Below are positions 55,669 to 64,000 of a stretch of 64,000 bases of DNA, piece by piece. Numbering within the stretch: the first letter of the stretch is position 1; every line of letters begins with the position of its first letter. Source of the DNA: an uncultured Bacilli bacterium (GTDB lineage Bacteria > Bacillota_I > Bacilli_A > RFN20 > CAG-288); assembly GCA_934725685.1 (NCBI GenBank), contig CAKVBX010000001.1:7753-71752 (forward strand), given 5' to 3'. Position numbers and translations under genes: made by a program. The notes under the pieces were generated by a model. That model searched no databases. It was not told where the DNA came from and worked only from the letters and a program-made list of their open reading frames with translations.

Positions 55669-57180
55669 ATGAAAAACGATTCCAATCAGGAGCGGACTCC
55701 CTTCCTTGATGCTCTGATTGCCTATAAGAATTCGAATCCGACCCCATTTGATGTCCCCGGACATAAGATGGGTTCTTTTCGGACGGACCTTTCCCGAAAA
55801 ATTTCCGAAGATTTCTCCGCCTACGATGCCAACGCACCGCTCGGACTGGACAACCTCTATAACGCAAAAGGCGTTATCAAAGAGGCAGAGGCAATCGCCG
55901 CAGAGGCTTGCCACGCAGACCACTGTCTCTTCTCCGTCAACGGAACGACAGGCGGCATCCTTACCATGATCATGGCCTCCCTCAACGTCAAGGACAAAAT
56001 CATCATGCCAAGAAATGTCCACAAGTCCGTCATCAACGCCCTCATCATCTCCGGTGCCATCCCGATTTTCGTCTCCCCGGTCATCGACAAGAAACTCGGT
56101 GTCGCCTGTGGCGTCACCACGGAAGAATATGTTCGCGCCATGGACAATAACCCGACGGCAAAAGCTGTCTTTGTCATCAATCCGACCTATTTCGGTGTCG
56201 TCTCCGACCTGAAAAGACTGACGGAAGAGGCCCATAAGAGAAATATGATCGTAATTGCAGACGAAGCCCACGGATCGAATTTCTATTTTTCTTCCAAGCT
56301 GCCGCTTTCCGCGATGGATGCCGGCTGTGACATCACCGCCATGAGCATGCACAAGAACGGTGGTTCCCTCACCCAGACTTCCCTAATCCTTACCAAGGGA
56401 GAACGGATTGATTTCTCCGAAGTCAAACGTGCTTTTGCCATGTTCTCCTCGACCTCTCCCTACCACATTCTCATCGCATCCCTGGATGCGGCGAGAAAGG
56501 AAATGGTCCTGCATGGTGAAGAAATCATCGACGAGAATCTCAAAATGGCCGCCTATGCAAGAGAAAAGCTCAACGAAATTCCCGGCATCCATGTCTATGG
56601 CTCCGAATATGTCAAAGAGCACAACAACTCCGGCGTTCACGATATCGACATGACAAAGCTTGTCATCGATGTCCGGGGACTCGGGATGTACGGATATGAA
56701 GTCTACAAGGAAATCCGAAAAGAGTGCAATATCCAGCTTGAACTCGGTGAGGTGTCCGTCGTCCTCGCCATCGTCGGTCCCGGAACCACCTGGGCCCATA
56801 TCGAAAAACTCATTGAGGGATTCAAAACGCTCTCGGAAGAAAAAGAGCGGGAACCTATCAAGAAAATTCCTGATTTCAACTATTCGTTCCCGAACACCTT
56901 CGTCCCGCCAAGAGAAGCCTACGATGCGCCCCATATCATCATCCCGATGAAGGACAGCCTCGGTGAGATCTCCGCTGAGACCGTGATGGCCTACCCTCCG
57001 GGAATCCCGCTTGTCATCCCCGGAGAAATCATCTCCGAAGATGCTTTGAATCTGATCGGCTTCTATTCCAAGGAAGGCGGAGAAGTGCTCAAGGATACCG
57101 CACCCGATATGATCAAGATCATCGACAAGAAAGAATGGTATCTCCTCGACGATCTGAAAAAGGAGAAAAGCATCTGTTAA
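55669..57180 (+). CDS. Orn/Lys/Arg decarboxylase-family PLP enzyme (fold type I)
   Basis: Start MKNDSNQERTPFLDAL, 2 nt after the previous stop. FDVPGHKMG, SMHKNGGSL (PLP-Lys region). Confidence 0.7.
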   Translation: MKNDSNQERTPFLDALIAYKNSNPTPFDVPGHKMGSFRTDLSRKISEDFSAYDANAPLGLDNLYNAKGVIKEAEAIAAEACHADHCLFSVNGTTGGILTMIMASLNVKDKIIMPRNVHKSVINALIISGAIPIFVSPVIDKKLGVACGVTTEEYVRAMDNNPTAKAVFVINPTYFGVVSDLKRLTEEAHKRNMIVIADEAHGSNFYFSSKLPLSAMDAGCDITAMSMHKNGGSLTQTSLILTKGERIDFSEVKRAFAMFSSTSPYHILIASLDAARKEMVLHGEEIIDENLKMAAYAREKLNEIPGIHVYGSEYVKEHNNSGVHDIDMTKLVIDVRGLGMYGYEVYKEIRKECNIQLELGEVSVVLAIVGPGTTWAHIEKLIEGFKTLSEEKEREPIKKIPDFNYSFPNTFVPPREAYDAPHIIIPMKDSLGEISAETVMAYPPGIPLVIPGEIISEDALNLIGFYSKEGGEVLKDTAPDMIKIIDKKEWYLLDDLKKEKSIC

Positions 57181-57291
57181 GTAACCGCTTTCAATCATTT
57201 GTATTGGAGTTGCTTAAAATTCGATGATTATGGGTTTCTTTCCGTTTCGAAAGCGGTTATAATAAGAGCGGATAGAAAGGAGCCAGCTATC

Positions 57292-57831
57292 ATGAAAATC
57301 ACTTATGTATCCAAAGACGTCGTCCTCACACCTGCCATGAAGGCAGCCGTAGAGGAGAAGTTGGCAAAGTTCGATTCGTTCTTCTCTCCCGCCTCCCCCG
57401 TCAAAGCCATCGTCACCATCTCCATTCTTCAGAACCACAACAAGGCCGTCGAAATCTCGATGTCGACCACAGGAGTCGACCTCAGGGCCAAAGTCATCAG
57501 CGATGACTTCTACAGCGCCATCGACATCCTCGTCGACAAACTCGAAGGTCAGATGAGAAAGATGAAGACACAGTGGAAGAAAGCACACAAAAACCAGTCG
57601 TTCTCCGAAAATTTCCTCATGGATCAGATTGAGTCCGGAGACGAAGATGTCGCCAAGATTGTCAAAAAGAAGAAGCTGTCCCTCGCTCCCATGGACCTCG
57701 ATGAGGCCCTGACGAGAATGGATGCCTTAGGACATCAGTTCTTCATTTATCTCGATTCCTCGACGGACCTTGTCAATGTCATCTACGAAAGGGATGACGG
57801 AAGCTACGGCCTCATCGAAATCGATCAGTAA
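57292..57831 (+). CDS. hpf: ribosome hibernation promoting factor (long form)
   Basis: MKITYVSKDVVLTPAMKAAVEEKLAKF N-terminal S30AE domain plus a C-terminal dimerisation domain. RBS GAAAGGAG. Confidence 0.8.
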   Translation: MKITYVSKDVVLTPAMKAAVEEKLAKFDSFFSPASPVKAIVTISILQNHNKAVEISMSTTGVDLRAKVISDDFYSAIDILVDKLEGQMRKMKTQWKKAHKNQSFSENFLMDQIESGDEDVAKIVKKKKLSLAPMDLDEALTRMDALGHQFFIYLDSSTDLVNVIYERDDGSYGLIEIDQ

Positions 57832-57844
57832 GCCCCCAATGGGA

Positions 57845-57875
57845 GGAAGCGGAGCAATCCGCTTCCTCTTTTTCT
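57845..57875 (+). terminator. rho-independent terminator
   Basis: GAGGAAGCGG-AGCAAT-CCGCTTCCTC TTTTT. Confidence 0.75.
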
Positions 57876-57996
57876 TAAGAAAAACACTCTTTCCCATGAA
57901 AAAGAGAAAAACTCCTGTCGTCCACTATTTCAATAAAGAAGACAATCGACTATAATAGTCATTGCCTTCAGTGCTATTTTTAAGTGAGGAAATATA

Positions 57997-58884
57997 ATGA
58001 ACAACGAAGAAAAAAACGTGATGACCATCGTCACTTTGGCTAGAATCGTCGAATCCTCCCTCTGGTATTGTCTCCAGCCGAGAAATGCCAGCGGTTTCGA
58101 CCCAGAAGAAAGAAAGTCCAGACTCACCGCGCTCACAGCCCTGACCCAGGAAGGCTCTCCTTTCGCTCTCAACTGTGACAACAACGGAGATGCCGGAAAG
58201 AATCTCAAGGAAGACATGCAGTACTTCATCGAGGATGTCTACGGTGATCCCGGAAGGATCGTCTCTCTGACCATCGACAACAAAGTCGTCGTCGAGCAGT
58301 CCCTCATCATCGAGCTCTTCTCTACCATCGTAAAGATCCGCGGCATGCTCGAAGCCTTCCTTGGCGCCGCCGTGAAGTCTCTGAGAGAGAACGGCAAGCT
58401 CGAAGCTGATTTCGAAGCCCTCATCAACGAGGACATCCGCTTCTTCCATGCCTTTGCCGGCAAGATTTCCTGCCTGCTCATCGCCGATAAATTCCTTGAA
58501 CTCAACAATAGTGCCAATACCTATGCCCAGTCCTACTCCAAGGAACATGGCGGAATCGATCCGCACAACGATCCGGAGTTCAATCCGAGAAACGATCCTT
58601 CCTTCCGTATGCTCGAAAACGAATTCCATCAGCTCAACCAGGATATGGTCGCCGTTCTCAACACATACGGAGAGAACGATGAGGAATTCCGTTTTGCCAG
58701 AGAAGCCGTCTATTCCGACTGCGAAATCTTTACCGGAAAGAAGCACACGACCGACACCAAGAAATATTTCGAGCTTTTCGGTTCCTACTTTGATAAGATA
58801 TTGAATGCTACTCAGAATGACCTCAACAGAAAATTTGCTGAAATCGGTCAGAAAATGAGAGAGCCTGAAACCGGAGACAAATAA
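57997..58884 (+). CDS. hypothetical cytoplasmic protein (295 aa), no recognisable domain
   Basis: Promoter TTCAAT-16-TATAAT upstream; RBS GTGAGGA. Acidic soluble protein. The antisense 324-aa ORF looks like frame noise. Confidence 0.55.
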   Translation: MNNEEKNVMTIVTLARIVESSLWYCLQPRNASGFDPEERKSRLTALTALTQEGSPFALNCDNNGDAGKNLKEDMQYFIEDVYGDPGRIVSLTIDNKVVVEQSLIIELFSTIVKIRGMLEAFLGAAVKSLRENGKLEADFEALINEDIRFFHAFAGKISCLLIADKFLELNNSANTYAQSYSKEHGGIDPHNDPEFNPRNDPSFRMLENEFHQLNQDMVAVLNTYGENDEEFRFAREAVYSDCEIFTGKKHTTDTKKYFELFGSYFDKILNATQNDLNRKFAEIGQKMREPETGDK

Positions 58885-58886
58885 CC

Positions 58887-59243
58887 ATGGAAGAGACAAA
58901 GAAAAACAGCAAACGTAAATTATTCACCGGCGAAATCGTCTGGTATAGTATCCTCGGAGCCATCTGGCTTTTCGGATTCGTCTTCGCCATCCTTGGTGTC
59001 TGTGCCTATAACATCGGAAAGCTCAGCACCAATCCGCTCTATGCCCTTCAGAAGCAGTTTGCCAACTTCTTCAAAATGAATGGTGTCATGGACTTCCGTC
59101 TCTGGGGAACCCTTGTCATGATCGTCGCCATGATTGGTCTCCTCATCGTGATTTTCTACTACACCAACAAGACGGTCCAGGAGGAAAACAAACGCCGCAG
59201 ATACGAAGAGCGTATGCGTATCCTCATGGAATCTGACAAGTAA
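58887..59243 (+). CDS. small 2-TM membrane protein, translationally coupled to the 57997 gene
   Basis: ATG 2 nt after the upstream TAA. Two hydrophobic helices and a basic C-terminal tail (NKRRRYEERMRILMESDK). Confidence 0.55.
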   Translation: MEETKKNSKRKLFTGEIVWYSILGAIWLFGFVFAILGVCAYNIGKLSTNPLYALQKQFANFFKMNGVMDFRLWGTLVMIVAMIGLLIVIFYYTNKTVQEENKRRRYEERMRILMESDK

Positions 59244-59264
59244 AACGATCAGAAAACATCATTT

Positions 59265-59289
59265 AGCCCGGGTAACCGGGCTTTTTTTC
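59265..59289 (+). terminator. rho-independent terminator
   Basis: AGCCCGGGTAACCGGGCT followed by TTTTTTT. Confidence 0.8.
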
Positions 59290-59387
59290 AACATTTTAAA
59301 TAGTTTTTGTCAATAACAATTGACCGAGATTGTAAAACAAGCTAAGATACGGACAGACAGAAGTCATTCTGCCTATTTAATTTCACT

Positions 59388-60509
59388 ATGAAGAATAAAC
59401 AAAAAGAACAAACGGACAACACCGAAAAACAGGCGAAGGCGATCAATTCCATCGTCGGCAACAAGAAAAAAACTATTCTCATCTCCACGATTGTCGGCGT
59501 CCTCTCTGCCAGTGTCGGAGCCATCGGTGGTTATGTCCTTTATAAAAATGTCAATCCTGACCAGGATGATATTGTCATCGAAAAATCACAGAAATACGAT
59601 ATCGACAAAATCAAGAAGGGAATCGAATCCAAATCGCTAGCCAGCGATTTTTCCGAGGATTCCTATAACCTCGTCAATTATGCAGCGGACATTTACGCTT
59701 CGGAGACTCCTTATTGCCTGACCATCGGAAACGGTGTCGTCCAGGCTGCTGCCGGCGTCAATCAGACCATCGACTCTGCGACCTTCTCCCATCCGAGTGG
59801 CGTTTTCAACCAGAAGGTTTCCAACTCCTCCTTAGTTCACACGGCCGATCGTTACTACGATAACTGCGACGGCAAAGTCACCGGCTATGAATGCAAATAT
59901 CCGGAAGACTGGAAAAAGGAAGGATTGGCAGCGAAAGAGTATACCTACGACCAATATATTCAGACCTTCGGAAAGCTGATGCAGGGCACCTATTACTGCA
60001 CCGATAAGTCTGATGTCTCCGATGAGGAACCGATTCCGGAGAAATTCCTAACCCTGAACAAGGAAGAATACGAAGCCTCCAGTGATACCACCAAACATGA
60101 AAGAAGCGGCGTCATCGCCTATTCCCTCACGAAAAAGGGCATCACTTCCTCTTCCATAGCAAAGACTGATTCCGGCTACCACATCGAACTGGAACTCAAT
60201 GTCGCCTATGCCGTTTCCTATATGTCCGTCCAGATGAAAGCCACCGGAAGACTCAAGGCAAGACCGCAGTTCTCCAAGTGCACGCTCACCTTCGAGCTCG
60301 ACGATAGTCTTCATTTTCTCTCTTCCGTCTTTCACGACGAATATCGTGTCAACACCGGAGGACTTGTCACCGGCGCCATTTCCGATCTCAACCAAATATA
60401 TCTCACCAGTACAACGGGTGAATTTCAGTACCAGGGAAAATCCGTCTCCGTCAAAGTTCCTGAAATAACAGAGGACTTCAACGGATTTGACCTCGTTTCG
60501 AAACAATAA
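59388..60509 (+). CDS. membrane-anchored extracellular protein (373 aa), unknown function
   Basis: N-terminal signal-anchor (ILISTIVGVLSASVGAIGGYVLY) then a hydrophilic domain. No known motif. Weak RBS. Confidence 0.5.
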   Translation: MKNKQKEQTDNTEKQAKAINSIVGNKKKTILISTIVGVLSASVGAIGGYVLYKNVNPDQDDIVIEKSQKYDIDKIKKGIESKSLASDFSEDSYNLVNYAADIYASETPYCLTIGNGVVQAAAGVNQTIDSATFSHPSGVFNQKVSNSSLVHTADRYYDNCDGKVTGYECKYPEDWKKEGLAAKEYTYDQYIQTFGKLMQGTYYCTDKSDVSDEEPIPEKFLTLNKEEYEASSDTTKHERSGVIAYSLTKKGITSSSIAKTDSGYHIELELNVAYAVSYMSVQMKATGRLKARPQFSKCTLTFELDDSLHFLSSVFHDEYRVNTGGLVTGAISDLNQIYLTSTTGEFQYQGKSVSVKVPEITEDFNGFDLVSKQ

Positions 60510-60523
60510 GAAAGGAGAGAAAC

Positions 60524-63500
60524 ATGAAACATGTATTTCTCTATCCTCTGATCAGTGTCCTGACGCTCGGTGTCTCGGGTGTCGGCAGTTACCTGATTCA
60601 GGATGTCGTCCACAAATCTGGCAAAAACAACAATAAGGAATCCGATAAGGCTACCGACTATGAACCCCCGATGGATACGACAGAGGAAGAAGAGCCCGGA
60701 TTCTCCAAGATGATCAACAAGTTGATGAACACCAAGGAAGTTCAGGCCGATAATGCTTCCTTTGTTCTGAAGACTACAAGCACCGATCCAATCTATCTTG
60801 ATTTCACCCATCTGGATCTCGATTTAGGTGGCATGACCTCCGGCGATTTCTCCTCCCTTCGCTTCAATGCGACCATGAAAGTCCGTTACAAAGAAATCAA
60901 CGAAGAACTTACCTGCTACTACGATTCGGATTATGTCTACATCAATTACGGGGATAATGCACTCTCCTTTGATGCCCCGAAGACTGTCGCCGGTTTCCTT
61001 CCGATTATTTCAAATCTCGGCATCGATGTACCCTCTCTTCCGGATTTCAGCGGAATCGACACCTCTTCCATTCTCGATAAAGCAATGGGTATCTTAGAAG
61101 GAGTCGAAGAGAAGCAGACCGAAAGCGGATACGAATACACTTTGGATTGCAACGAATTCCTCTCCTCCCTCGATCTTCCGATTTCCATCACCGGAGCCAA
61201 AGTCGTTCTCGTTGCCGATGCCGACTATAACTTCATAGGTGGAAGAACACTCGGAGATGGTATCAACATCAATGACAGCTATACGATCGGCCTCGATATC
61301 TCTTCCCTTTCCGTCAAGGACACTTCCGGATACGAAGGCCTCGATGAAGAAGGAAAGAAGAGCTACACCAACATCACCGGACAGACCACAAACATCTGCA
61401 CGACCATGGCCAGTCTGATGGACAAGAAAAACTTCACAGCTTCTTTTAATGTCTCCACAAAGACAAGCGATGACACCGTAAAAGAGCAAACCTTCGAAGG
61501 AACCATCAAAGCTGACTTATCTGAAGTCAAGAAAGATGTCACAAAAGGGAACTATGAAATTGCACTGTCTCATAAAAACGACGACACCATTGCAAACACA
61601 GTCTATGCCGCCTATAAAGAGAATAACATCTATGTCACGCTGAATAACCTCATCAAGGGAAAAATCAGCAACAAGACCATTCAGGACCTCCTTCCCATCA
61701 TCGGTTCCGAAATCGATCAGGACTCTCTTCCCAACATCTCCGATTCCATCAACGAACTGATCAAGAATACCGATTTTGACCGTCTATTGAAAGGTGATTT
61801 ATCGGTCTACCGCAATTTCATTGCCGATTTCAACGCGACGACAACCGGATTCGAAATGAAAATCAACGCCAAGGCCTTCGGCCTCGGCGACTACGAGCTT
61901 TTCATCGCACTCGATGATACGACAGAAAACCTCTCCCAAGGATTCCGTCTCACCGTCAAAAACTTCCGCTATCAGAACCTGATTCTCAGCTTCGATCTCG
62001 ATATCCGTCCGGAAGAGGCCATCTCCTTCCGCTATTCGGAAAAAGAGTTCGCTACCTTCAAGGATTACTGCGTCATCATCCCGCTTTTCAACACCATCAG
62101 CAAACTCGCCGATGAGAGAAAGCTCAACACCGCCTATACCGTCAACCTCCGCGACCTTTCAAGCAAATCCAGCTACGCCTTCAACGGAGAAATCTCTGCG
62201 GATGTCTCCACCCTCTCCTTAGATAGCGGTGACAACTATTACGGCGACTATCGTCTCACGTTGAACACCAACCTCAACGGCTATGACCACAGCCTTGACT
62301 TTGCCTATCAGAACCACGACCTCTTCTTAACGATGGATACCTTCTTCAAACAAAAGATGTCCGACAGTGAAGTCGGTGCCATCTATGACCTGATCAATAA
62401 GGACAAAGAAGGAACTTCTGAAGCGTTCGACGGCATGAACACCGTCATCTCCTCACTCGTCGAGGAAATTAAGAATTCGTACTCCCTCAAGGTATTGGAA
62501 GACTATTTCACTCTCGACAAAGAGAACGTCAATTCCAATCTTCTCTCCTTGGAACTCAATCTTCCGAAGTTCTTCGAAGGTACGAACATGGAAGGAAAGA
62601 TGTCAAGCCTGACGCTCCTAGTCAACACCGACGAGGAACGGATCACTGCTCTCTCCTGCCAAGGATTCCAAATCAATAATAAATATGCCATCGATTTCAA
62701 CCTCAGTCTTCAGGATGTCTTTACCGATTTCCGCCTTACCGAGGAAGAAGCTCAAAGATATACGGAAATCAATTCCGCATCCAAAATCATCAATGGATTC
62801 TACTCTCTTCCCACCGAGCTCACCAAGTTCTCCGTCAATCTGAACGGCGAAATCCAAAACAAAGCTGACGACGGAACCTATCAGACCTACATGGGACTGT
62901 ACGGAGATGCAGAAGTCAATCTCGAAGAGAAGAACTCCCCCGATGTCGGCGGAACCCTGCACCTCATCCAGGGTACGGATTCCCTTTACAACAAGAGAAC
63001 GGACCATAAGATCCGTTACACCTACTCCGGAGACAAAAACAATGGTCAGACCCTCGCCGAATACACCTCCAACGATCTGAAGGATGACGGTTCTTTGGAG
63101 AATGCCGCCGGTACAACCAAGCTCATCATGAACAATACCGACCTCTTCTCCATCTTCGACCGTGTCACCTCCATTCAAAATAAAAAGGACAATCTTCTCT
63201 ATCCCTATCTAAAAGCTTACTTCGATACGGCAGAGAAAGTCGCAACCGGTCTTCCTCTGATGGATGCCATCCAAAATAAGGATTATACGCTTCTCCTGAA
63301 CGACTACATCAAGGAAGTCAAAGTCGAAGACAGAACCGTCACACTGAAACTGGCCTCCTCTATCCTCGACTACAATGACACCAGCAAGAATGAAGATATC
63401 ATCGTCATTGGTTTCGATGAGAACTATAAGATAAGTTCCGCCAACATCGAAGGTTATTATGGCGACTACAAAATCCAGGCAGAAATCAATCTTTCCGACT

Positions 63501-64000
63501 ACTCCATGGAACATAGAGAAGCGGCTGCCATTGATTATAAAGGCCACAAAGATGACTTCATCGATGTCCATGGATTCGATGTCCTTCTCAACTGCCTCAT
63601 CACCACGACCGAGCATCACTTCTTCGATCTGAGCGGCTACTTCATTCTCGCAGTCGACAAGATGGGAGAGGGATTCAAGGCTCAGACCTATTACACTGTC
63701 TATGTCACCATTGTGGACTCCACCGTTCAGGCTTACCTTTCCTTCCAGAACAAGGACGGCACTACCATCGATACGAAAGGATTCTATGGTGTTGAGTTCT
63801 TCGTGGAAAACGAATTCGTCCTCACAGAAAGAACGACAAACAATAACGGGACGAAAAAAGCGGAGCTATATAAACTCACGCCCAAGGAAATCACCGATAA
63901 CATCGCCTTCTATCTCTTAAGCTATATCATCCATATCGAAAACATGAGCTTCGGCGAAACAATCCTCAACGAAATCATGAAGGCTACCAAGGAGACGGAT
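60524..64000 (+). CDS. giant membrane-anchored surface protein (>1159 aa, 3' end beyond window)
   Basis: Not in the track because there is no stop before the window end. ATG 60524 follows RBS GAAAGGAGAGA. N-terminal anchor YPLISVLTLGVSGVGSYLI. The open frame continues for 3477 nt, with D/N/T/S/Y-rich beta-type composition throughout. Confidence 0.6.
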   Translation, partial: MKHVFLYPLISVLTLGVSGVGSYLIQDVVHKSGKNNNKESDKATDYEPPMDTTEEEEPGFSKMINKLMNTKEVQADNASFVLKTTSTDPIYLDFTHLDLDLGGMTSGDFSSLRFNATMKVRYKEINEELTCYYDSDYVYINYGDNALSFDAPKTVAGFLPIISNLGIDVPSLPDFSGIDTSSILDKAMGILEGVEEKQTESGYEYTLDCNEFLSSLDLPISITGAKVVLVADADYNFIGGRTLGDGININDSYTIGLDISSLSVKDTSGYEGLDEEGKKSYTNITGQTTNICTTMASLMDKKNFTASFNVSTKTSDDTVKEQTFEGTIKADLSEVKKDVTKGNYEIALSHKNDDTIANTVYAAYKENNIYVTLNNLIKGKISNKTIQDLLPIIGSEIDQDSLPNISDSINELIKNTDFDRLLKGDLSVYRNFIADFNATTTGFEMKINAKAFGLGDYELFIALDDTTENLSQGFRLTVKNFRYQNLILSFDLDIRPEEAISFRYSEKEFATFKDYCVIIPLFNTISKLADERKLNTAYTVNLRDLSSKSSYAFNGEISADVSTLSLDSGDNYYGDYRLTLNTNLNGYDHSLDFAYQNHDLFLTMDTFFKQKMSDSEVGAIYDLINKDKEGTSEAFDGMNTVISSLVEEIKNSYSLKVLEDYFTLDKENVNSNLLSLELNLPKFFEGTNMEGKMSSLTLLVNTDEERITALSCQGFQINNKYAIDFNLSLQDVFTDFRLTEEEAQRYTEINSASKIINGFYSLPTELTKFSVNLNGEIQNKADDGTYQTYMGLYGDAEVNLEEKNSPDVGGTLHLIQGTDSLYNKRTDHKIRYTYSGDKNNGQTLAEYTSNDLKDDGSLENAAGTTKLIMNNTDLFSIFDRVTSIQNKKDNLLYPYLKAYFDTAEKVATGLPLMDAIQNKDYTLLLNDYIKEVKVEDRTVTLKLASSILDYNDTSKNEDIIVIGFDENYKISSANIEGYYGDYKIQAEINLSDYSMEHREAAAIDYKGHKDDFIDVHGFDVLLNCLITTTEHHFFDLSGYFILAVDKMGEGFKAQTYYTVYVTIVDSTVQAYLSFQNKDGTTIDTKGFYGVEFFVENEFVLTERTTNNNGTKKAELYKLTPKEITDNIAFYLLSYIIHIENMSFGETILNEIMKATKETD

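Noticed and set aside
55648-57198. Two long minus-strand ORFs (234 and 271 aa) antisense to the decarboxylase gene
   Set aside because: The sense gene has strong family motifs. The antisense ORFs have no RBS and biased G/D/V composition.
57925-58899. 324-aa minus-strand ORF antisense to the 57997-58884 gene
   Set aside because: The plus-strand gene has a promoter, an RBS, coupling to the next gene and a terminator. The antisense ORF is hydrophobic-repetitive and lacks these signals.
1-64000. Searched for CRISPR arrays, integrase/transposase genes, RM or other recognisable defence genes, and rRNA
   Set aside because: I found no regularly spaced short direct repeats with unique spacers, no recombinase or transposase motifs, and no rRNA-like conserved segments. 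Nothing in these classes is reported.

Overview
The window is low-GC and Firmicutes-like. Many 'L-x-x-C' lipobox lipoproteins, large membrane-anchored surface proteins and a 5-tRNA cluster suggest an Erysipelotrichia/Mollicutes-like gut organism. The region is chromosomal. It mixes housekeeping genes (metK behind a SAM-I riboswitch, pgi, hpf, hslO, pepF, ispD/tarI-like, nifU-like, 7 tRNAs) with carbohydrate genes (GH13, GH31, GH2 beta-galactosidase, SASA esterase). Also present are two TetR regulators (one with oleate hydratase), a heterodimeric CydDC-like ABC exporter operon, a TbADH-type secondary alcohol dehydrogenase coupled to a COG0523 GTPase, a barnase-like secreted RNase lipoprotein, and one AAA-ATPase pseudogene. 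I saw no CRISPR array, Cas genes, RM genes, integrase, transposase or clear prophage.

The most unusual loci, all uncharacterised membrane or surface modules, are:
- a tightly coupled five-gene minus-strand operon (11678-18737): large lipoprotein, then a protein fusing a ~560-aa polytopic membrane domain to an ABC ATPase domain, then a 575-aa polytopic membrane protein, then a small anchored protein;
- a cluster of giant membrane-anchored surface proteins at the 3' end (59388 to beyond 64000), preceded by a two-gene cytosolic plus 2-TM cassette;
- an 866-aa membrane protein with long E/K/P-rich internal repeats.

CDS coordinates follow the supplied ORF track, with starts adjusted by RBS inspection. 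Hand-located RNA and terminator coordinates are approximate (about +/-2 nt); the printed numbering and the ORF track disagree by 1 nt around 11.55-11.73 kb. Family assignments come from remembered motifs only. No database search was run.
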